Positions 48,406 through 56,494 of a DNA stretch of 56,494 nucleotides are shown piece by piece. The DNA is from Octopus bimaculoides (Eukaryota): the NCBI RefSeq assembly GCF_001194135.2, contig NC_068996.1, forward strand, positions 8,978,353 through 9,034,846, written 5' to 3'. Position 1 is the stretch's first letter, and each line of letters opens with the position of its first letter. The notes beneath the pieces were generated by a model. It was given only the letters and a program-made list of their open reading frames with translations. It had not been told where the DNA came from and ran no database searches. The position numbers and the translations under genes were made by a program.

Positions 48406-49251
48406 TCTACTAAAGCACAAGACCTGAAAATTCGAGGGAAAGGGCAAGTTGATTAAAGGGACTCCAGTAACTGGTACTTATTATATCAATTCTGAAAGGA
48501 TGAAAGACATGTCCAGCATGTCCAGCATGTTAACAATTCTGCCAGCTCACCACTTTAATAATTCCTTCTATTATGAGCACAAGACTTGAAACTTTGGGGG
48601 CAGTGGACTGGTCTTTACATTGACCCCCAGTGTTTGACTGATACTTATTTTATCAACCCTGGAAGGATTAACGGCAAAGTCAGTCTTAGCAGAATTTGAA
48701 GTCAGGATGTAAAGGGCTGGAAGAAATTCCATAAGGTAGTCCATTCATTGCTCTAATAATTCTGCTGGCTCATCAACTTCACACTGTTTATAATAATAGT
48801 TTAGAATTTTGGTACAGCAATTTTAAGGGGAGGAGTTAATTTGATTACATTGATCCTAGAACATTATTTTTTTGTCCTTGAAAGATTGAGATGCAAACTT
48901 GACTTTGGAGAAATTTGAACTCAGAATGTGGAGCTGGAAGAAATTTTGATTAAGCATCTTTGTCCAGGAATGGTAAAGGTTCTGCCAGCTCAACACATGT
49001 TTATAATAACAGTTTCAAATTTTGGCGCAAGGCCAGCAAGTTCAGAGAAGAAGCTAAGTCAGTTAAATCACCCCCAGTGTTTCACTGGTACTTAATATAT
49101 CAACCCTGAAAGGATGAAAGGCAAAGTCAACCTCGGTGGAATTTGAGCTCAGAATGTAAGATGGAACAAAATTCCACCAAGCATTTTTCCTGGGGTGCTA
49201 ATGATTCTGCCAGCTTGTTGTCTTCAACACCTGTTTATAATAATAATAGTA

Positions 49252-49282
<31 letters not shown>

Positions 49283-49285
49283 AGG
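47480..49285 (-). mobile_element. Stack of about seven co-oriented family D SINEs separated by (AAT)n
   Basis: Repeated ..gaaaggatgaaaggcaaagtcgacctcgg.ggaatttgaactcagaa..ttctgccagct blocks, all on the minus strand. Confidence 0.85.
48021..48365 (-). mobile_element. Complete Helentron-type non-autonomous element (HINE-like)
   Basis: 5' tattatctccgccttagc..., 3' ccttggtggagg + gtggtctctgagtgctctt hairpin, inserted in AAT/TT-rich sequence with no clear TSD. Confidence 0.7.
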
Positions 49286-52039
49286 AACAAGAAGTCAACT
49301 CTTAAAAATGAAAAGGTGCATTGAATTATGTAATTCTAGATATAAATTGTCTGAAATGGAAAATGGAAAGCTCATAACTTGAATACCATTCATCATAGGG
49401 TGCTCGATCAAGACGGGGCCTGGGGCTAAACGACAAAAACAACAGTATCTACCACTCATTGTGTTTCCCCCATCACTTCCCCCTCCCTCTACAGCCTCTG
49501 CCTCCTCCTCCGACTGCTTCTGTCTTTCTCCTCCCACCTCTTCCTTTCCCCCTATTTCCTTTTACTATCTCTGTCTTATTTCACTTTCTCTGTCTCTCTG
49601 ACTTCCCTCACCCAACTGAATTTGCCTCATCTGCTATCACCACCTCCTTCCACTACCTCCTCCTTACATCACTACCTCTGTTTCCTCTTCAACCTCCACA
49701 CGCACACACACTACTTCTTTCCTTCTCCCACTGCCACCATTTTTGGTTTTGTTTCCGTTTTTTTTTGTTTTTGTTTTAATGTTTACTGCATGTTATGATA
49801 CGTTGAGAAAAGTTAACGTTTTATTTGTCTCCAACAATTCCATCTTTGTGTACTTTTTTTTAGCTTAGATATTTTACAATCTCTACTCCTTGCAACTCAA
49901 ATCTCTTTTTGATCCTAGACACACACACACACCACTGAGGTATGTTATTGTGCTGTAATGTGAAGAAATATCTCCTGTTTCAGACAAGAGGTGTCTTCAT
50001 TGGAGAAAAGGGTTCTTCTTCTTTCTTGATTCTATCTGGATTTCTCATAATCTCAGTATTCTCGTACCTCGCTCTCCTTGTCATTCTCTGTTGCAGAAAA
50101 ATTGTTATATCATGAACAATCTATCTCTTTCTCTACATTTCTCCATTCTTTCCTCCTTTTCTCTCTCTCTCTCTCTCTCACTCTTTGATATTTGTTCGTC
50201 TCGTTTCGCCCCCACCACCTCCTGCCTCTTCTTTCTCCTCCTGATTCACATTCTTGAACTCCATTAAAATATTATGTATATTTCTAGTTTTGACATAGTG
50301 AACCTTTTACCATTTATTCCTTCTTATCTTGCTGTAAAATAGAATAAACTCTTCTTGTCTTTGAGGCAGCTTGAGAAGCTGGCTGACTGAGATTGTCGAC
50401 TTGGCTAGTCCAACACTGATGACACCTCTTATTCATAATCTCGTCTTTATATTCTGGCAGAACAACAACAACAACCAGTTATATCCTCTTGAAAACTGAC
50501 TTCTCTATTGGTATAACATTTTCCAGTTAAGAAGGAAAATGGACCGATCTCTTCAAGACCACATTATATTCAAATTATTTTTTACTGGATTGTAAATGTT
50601 TGTCCAAAGCATTTTCACAAGTTTGTCCTAAATTTCCACGCTCGTTTTCAGACTTTTAGTTAGCCCTTGTTTCACAAGTTTTCATAAATCCCAAAATACT
50701 CAGGTGACTGAGAAAAATTAGGAATGTGTATCATATATGATGTATAGATTCCTGGGCAATATGTCCAGTGTGTTACACATGACAGGCAAAGGTTTAAATA
50801 TTTTTTTTATTTTTTGCATCCTTTAAAAATGATTCCTTATCCTTCACTGCTGGACATTGTGTGCTGTCAGTGGAACTGACACCATTGTAAGTATTCAAGA
50901 CGAGTCTCTGGCTGGAGAAAATAATTTCTCATTCTTCTTGTGAACCTCAATGGGCTTGGAAAATGTCATGAGTGCTGTTCTTCCTCCTTTGATTAAAGGA
51001 AATGGTCAAGAATATTGTCTCAAGAGTAAAACCAGGTTCCTCTGATTATTAGTTTCTTTCAAGCACAGGATCTTGGGAGGACCATTTGTCACCACTGATC
51101 TGGTTCTCTTTTAATTCATCCAGGATAATAAATAGTGCCTGAAAATTCCATTTCAAGGTAACTACATAGCTAGTTTACACATTCATTGGTAAATTCATTG
51201 TGATGCCAAATAGCTCATTGGTAAATTCATAAGAAAGGAAAAACAAGAGCAGCCCTCCTTCCAATACAGTGTCTGTGGCCATGCCTGCCTGCCTGTTCCA
51301 AATCGGATCCATCGGTGCCAGGAAAGCTGCAACCGATATGAATATTCCTTGCTATAAATCTTTGCTCACAAAGCCAAGCTGAGAAGAAATTCATTGTCGT
51401 ACTTTCTATCCACAGAATAAATACATCTTTAAACATTAAATATGCCACATTCTATATAAATGCAAAAACATTTCATCCTTACAAGCTGGAAATTTTTTAG
51501 AAATTTCAAAAAGGAAACCATGAAGAAATGAGTGATAATCAAACAGTATATCACCAGTGCAAAAATTCCACATCATAAAAAAAAATATATATAGAACACT
51601 AAGAATTTCAATGCATCATCAATGAATATCAAAATCACAAAACATTGGATTATTTAAGCAGCATTGCTCATAATTTTGTCTTTTTCAGAATATTTCTTCC
51701 TTCCTCTGATTTCAAAAAAAAATTTTTTTTTTTTAAAGAGCTATCTTTTTACTGCATTATTTTGTGATTCTGTTTTTCAAAGTAAGCTTGCTTCATGTTT
51801 CTTTTTTTTTTTTTTCATGCACATTGAATAAATTTATTGTTAATAATTTATTTGCCTTTGATTCTTTTTTTTTTTTCTTTTATTAATGAAATGCAGCAAA
51901 TTTACTCTACAAATAAAAACTTTAATGTTTAGTAATATATTTATTCTGTGGATAAAAAGTGTGACAATAACTTTATCAATGATATATTTGGCATGTCAAA
52001 GAATTTACTGGCACACTCTAACTGATTTACAATGGAATA

Positions 52040-52450
52040 TTTATATCAATGAATTTACCAGACACCTACTGATTTCTGTCTCAGTTCACTGCCAGGACTA
52101 TCCAGAGATTGAATGCTTTCCACTCATAGTGTCTACATGGAGAGACACACAAACTCTAAAGTTCTAAGAAGAGCCATTCTGTGTCAGCTGTAGAAGATTG
52201 TGGCAGAAAGAAGCAGATGCATACTCCATCTACCAGAAGAAAAAATACCCATGACAGCTATACAATGGGTACTACCAGAGAGGTGAAGGAAGAGAAAGCC
52301 ACCTAGGAAGATGCAGTGTGCCACTTTCAAAGAGGATCCGATGCAACTTAGCATCACTTTGGAAGATGCAGGTGACTTTTGCACAAGACTGAGATTATTG
52401 GAGACGTCTTGCTACCTGATGTATAGACTAACTGTAGAGGAGGAACTAAG
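52040..52450 (+). mobile_element. Decayed RTE-clade LINE, ORF2 C-terminus
   Basis: RCILHLPEEKIPMTAIQWVLPER*RKRKPPRKMQCATFKED matches the 'GH.LR.PEER.PK.AL.W.P.G.R.RGRPRKTW..T..ED' motif. Confidence 0.75.
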
Positions 52451-52551
52451 AGTAAGACAACTCAAGTGCCATAGAAAAAGTCCTGGTTACTGCCCACCAA
52501 AAGTGACAAAGACATTAATAAAAAATACCTGACAAATATCTGTCTTGTATC

Positions 52552-52925
52552 TCCTTTTACTTGTTTCACCACCAGACTATAGAATGCCGGGGTACTGCCT
52601 TGAAGGGTTTTAGTCGAGCAAATCAACCCCAGTATTTATTCCTCTTTTTAAATTTGGTTCTTATTCTATCAGTCTCTTTTCCTGAACAGTTTAATTACGG
52701 AGATGTAAAAACCAATCAACACTGGTTGTTAAGAGGAGAGCAAACACAGCTACAAACACAGCTACAAACACACATGCATGCACACACATATACACAACAG
52801 ACTTCCACATAGTTTCTATCTACCGAATTCACTTTAAAAGCATTGTCAGCACAGAGGTAAAGTAGGAGACATTTGCTCATGATGCTGCACAGTGGTACTG
52901 TACCTGAAGCTGTGTTCAATTCCTT
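52552..52925 (-). mobile_element. Family A SINE (decayed)
   Basis: Collinear match to both family A halves. Confidence 0.7.
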
Positions 52926-53016
52926 CAACTAAAAAATTCTTCAATGTGGTGCTCCAGCACGGCCACAATCTAATGACTGAAACAAGTAAATGATAAAAAG
53001 AAAAAGATGATTAAAG

Positions 53017-53235
53017 CTGTTATATTTCATGACATAAAAAGACACATGGGCATGTATCTAATAAGATACACCCGAATTTCTGCTGAATATATGCAAGGGA
53101 AAGAAAATAATTTTTAGGGCTTTAAAACTCATGGAGGACCCAGTTTCACGCATAGAACCTAGGGTGACTTTTCCAGACATTCATTTTGGGAAAAAAAAAA
53201 AATGCAAAATGCATCTTATATGCCATGAAATATGA
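53017..53235. mobile_element. pogo/Tc2-type MITE
   Basis: TIRs ATATTTCATGACATAAAAAGAC / GCATCTTATATGCCATGAAATAT. Confidence 0.6.
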
Positions 53236-54054
53236 TAATTTTGTGTAATGGTTTATTATCCATATTTTCTTACACTATCTCAACCAGTATGTATCTGCTT
53301 CTTTAGATATTTGTATGGACTAATGACCCTTATGTTAAACTTTTGGGGAAATTACTAAAGAAGGTCAAGACTTATACAGTAAATTTAGTGAATTATATTG
53401 AACCTTGGCATATCATCAGTCATGTTTCTGCTCACTGATAACACTGTCCTATTTATATTCTAATCTCAACAATTGCGTTTCTTTTCTTTCTTTTTTTTTA
53501 TTTCTTTAAAATACATTGTGCCAGGTTTTAATGTTTTATTTCTAAGAAAAAAAAATATCACACTTCTAAACACATAATGCATGAGTATAGTCCTCAATTT
53601 GCGAGTTTAATATGCCTCCCAAGGAGGTGATATTTCCCAGGCTAAAAACCAGTCTTTTATGTGACACTACTGAATGGTTTAGACAATGGCAATTACAGCT
53701 ATTCCTGGTTTGCAAGTGTTCATATACTGGTTTACAGGCAGACAAACAGACAGACAGAGAAATAGACAGAACAGTATAAGTGGTTTGAACTAAATCTCAT
53801 TCTTTCCACCCCCGTTTCCCCATTGGACATTCTTTAGTACCACTAGGATTGTATATTGTTAGAAGTGTTGGAATCAAGTGTTCTCTAGTGGACAGTTTAT
53901 ACAGAGAATGTCTCAACAGCTTAGGATTTATGTTGATTGCACATGTACATACATAGCCACAAGGATATATGCGTACATACATACATAGAGGCAAGAATAC
54001 ACAAGTATACACACAATCCATTATGTATTTACGTGTGTGTGTACACATACACAC

Positions 54055-54395
54055 ACATCATCATAACCATCATTTAACATGTGTTTTCTATGCTGGCATG
54101 GGCTGGACAGTTTGACAGGAGCTGGAAAGTTGAGTAACTGTATCAGGCTCCAATTGTCTGTTTTGGCTTGGTTTCTACAACTGAATGCCCTTCCTAATGC
54201 CACCCACTTTACAGAGTGTACTGGGTGCTTTTTTTTTTGTGGACCAACACCTGTAAATATATAATAGAAGTTAACATCATTTATATATTTACATGCCAGA
54301 TCACACTGGAGCTTGGTACAGCTTTCTGGTTTACCAGTTCCAGTCAAACCGTCTAACCCATGCCTGCATAGAAAGCAGACATTAAATGATAATGT
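54055..54395. mobile_element. Two family C copies in inverted orientation
   Basis: About 54055-54240 and 54290-54395 are reverse-complement homologues. Confidence 0.75.
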
Positions 54396-54894
54396 GTGTG
54401 TTGCTGGGTTTGCATAAGTTTCCGATTCCTGACCCTCAAGTAACAGATGATATGATGTTTGAAGCATATTAATATAATACATCAATCAAATTTGTTCAGA
54501 TCATGTGGAAAACAACTTGATGTGAATTACTTGTTCCATACAGAGATCATCATCAATGTCTATTTTCCATGCTGGCATGGATTGAACACTGGAAAACCAG
54601 ACGACTGCATCAAGCTCTACTGTATGTTTTGGCATGGTTTCTACAGCTACATACCCTTCTTAACACCATATATAAAATAATATATTAAAAAAAAAAAGTA
54701 GGATTATTTCTGGAACCAATTCTACAGATAATGTTTTTCTACAGAAAAGTTTCTATGAAAAATTCTTATGAAGTTGCCTACGGTGAACTTATGAAATCAC
54801 AAATATGAGAAACTGGGTGATTAGCGAGCAGAAAGATCTTTTGTTAGTATTCTTTGCCTTAAGAGGAATTTTAAACAAAGAATCTGTGAATACA

Positions 54895-54958
54895 GTGGTT
54901 TTTAATCTTGGGTGTGGTTTTTAATCTTGGGTGTGGTTTTTAATCATGGGTGTGGTTT
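54895..54958. repeat. 19-bp tandem repeat, about 3.4 copies
   Basis: GTGGTTTTTAATCTTGGGT x3 plus a partial copy. Confidence 0.92.
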
Positions 54959-55536
54959 ATGATTGGTGATCAAAATAAATTTATGATTGTTCATATTTTC
55001 TGTTATCTACATCTTTAGTTAAATAGTTATTATTACTTCCTGTGTGGGACTTATTTGGATACTATGTTTTGTTGTATAATTTGGAGGTTATGTATTTATT
55101 ATTTTTTTTTATTATTGTTCTTGTTTTAAAGTTAGTGTTGCTTAGGTGAAGGCTTATATTGTATGTGCGCTCATGTTAGTGCTTGTGTGGGTGTGGCACA
55201 CATGCACTTAGAAATATATTTACAAAATGAATTTGGTGATCCACAAAACACCAATGAAAACACGCTTGTATGCATGTATATGCGTATATGCATACATTTT
55301 TTTTTTCATGTGCTTACTTATATATAACTCCGCAACTCTCATAAGTTGTGGGCACTATTGGACTGAATAGCTTGTCTTAGGTGCTAAAATTGTTATCATA
55401 CCTAATTGCCAACTGATGAAAGAATCGAACTTTTGCGTGTTTATCTCTGCTGTTTTTCTCATTTTTTTCCAGTAAATGTATTCCTTTGTCCTTCTGTTCT
55501 GTTTTTCATAATACAGTCATATATATATATACACAT

Positions 55537-55873
55537 GGTGAAGGCACATGGCTCAGTGGTTAGAGCGTCGAGCTTACAATCGTGAGGTTGTGAGTTCAAT
55601 TCCTGGACTGGGCTGTATGTAATGTTCTTGAGCAAGACACTTTATTTCACATTACTCCAGTTAACTCAGCTGTAGAAATAAGCTGCAACATCACTGGTGC
55701 CAAGCTGTATCAGCCTTTGCCTTTCCTTCAAATAACATCAGTGGTGTGGAGATGGGAAGCTGGTATGCATGGGCAACTGCTAGTCTGCCACAAACAACCT
55801 TGCCCAGACTTGTGCCTTGGAGGGTAACTTTCTAGGTGCAATCCCATGGTTATTCATGACCGAAGGGGATCTC
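55537..55873 (+). mobile_element. Family J SINE with a distinct 3' part
   Basis: Head ggcacatggctcagtggttagagc...gagttcaattcc, core ttcttgagcaagacac..cagctgtagaaat, tail unlike 14002-14318. Confidence 0.85.
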
Positions 55874-55884
55874 TGAGATATATA

Positions 55885-56050
55885 TATACGACAGGCTTCT
55901 TTCAGTTTCTGTCTGCCAAATTCACTCACAAGGATTTGGTCAGCCCGAGGCTATAGTAGAAGACACTTGCCCCAGGTGTCATGCAGTGGGACTGAACTCA
56001 ACCATGTGGTTCATAAGCAAGCTACTTACCACACAGCCACTCCTGCGCCT
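55885..56050 (-). mobile_element. Family A SINE 5' half
   Basis: Reverse complement of the family A head and core. Confidence 0.88.
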
Positions 56051-56169
56051 ATTCATGCTGCCAATGATGAGTACAGACCGACTTGAGAGTTGTGAATCAC
56101 TATGGACCCAGATTTTCCAAGGCCACTGAGAGCACACTGGACACTGCCCGAGACGATCGATCAGATTAT

Positions 56170-56442
56170 CAGATGTTGTTATACCTCACTGGTTACAATG
56201 CACTTTGCATCATTTCAGCTTTCAAATGATACCACCAAACTTGCTAGGTGAGCTGGACAACATTTCCCACCCCACTGATCGGAAGACTTTTCCATTGTAG
56301 GCTTTCCCATTTACAGCTGAGTGGACTGAAGTAATGTAAAATGAAGTGTTTTGCTCAAGAGCAGAATGCACCACCTGGTCTGGAAATTGAACCCACAATC
56401 TAGCAATGAGTGCAACACTCTAACCACTAGGCTATGCACCTT

Positions 56443-56443
<1 letters not shown>
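56170..56443 (-). mobile_element. Family J SINE
   Basis: Reverse-complement tRNA-like head at 56380-56443 and core cagctgagtggactg. Confidence 0.75.

Positions 56444-56494
<51 letters not shown>

Noticed and set aside
49380-49458. Minus-strand MSGRYCCFCRLAPGPVLIEHPMMNGIQ
   Set aside because: Matches the tttagccccagg...gatcgagca..ctatgat repeat also seen at about 10980, 38950 and 43995.
49940-49983. GTATGT...TTTCAG 44-nt putative intron
   Set aside because: Unusually short, and the upstream exon would be a CA microsatellite.
184-56494. Most ORFs in the supplied track (YIYI, CVCV, HTHT, ERER, poly-X, poly-L/Y/I/N)
   Set aside because: They are translations of microsatellites, N gaps or SINE sequence, not genes.
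1-56494. CRISPR array or prokaryotic operon-type system
   Set aside because: No regularly spaced direct repeats with unique spacers and no prokaryotic gene density; this is eukaryotic repeat-rich DNA.

Overview
AT-rich, repeat-dominated eukaryotic DNA of intronic/intergenic type, with 11 assembly gaps (about 2.0 kb of N). The repeat families resemble those I recall from coleoid cephalopod (most likely Octopus) genomes; this is inference, not a database result. No protein-coding gene could be recognised. Almost all ORFs in the supplied track are microsatellite, N-run or repeat translations. What the sequence supports: many copies of several tRNA-derived SINE families (labelled A, B, D, J here), a (GAT)n-tailed retroposon (C), decayed LINE fragments (RTE, CR1-like, R4/Dong-like), TTAA-flanked, hAT-type and pogo/Tc2-type MITEs, Helentron-type non-autonomous elements, and very many microsatellites. 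The most interesting signals are: (i) a roughly 515-bp inverted-repeat element (42160-42674) in which a tRNA-like Pol III head is followed, in sense, by a minimal type-I hammerhead ribozyme motif, with a second copy in the inverted arm; (ii) a separate near-canonical hammerhead motif at 46670-46717; (iii) two gapless, essentially loop-less imperfect palindromes of 140 and 161 bp; (iv) a CpG-retaining promoter-like island near 5500-6430; (v) a few unverified short exon candidates. Coordinates of decayed repeats are approximate.
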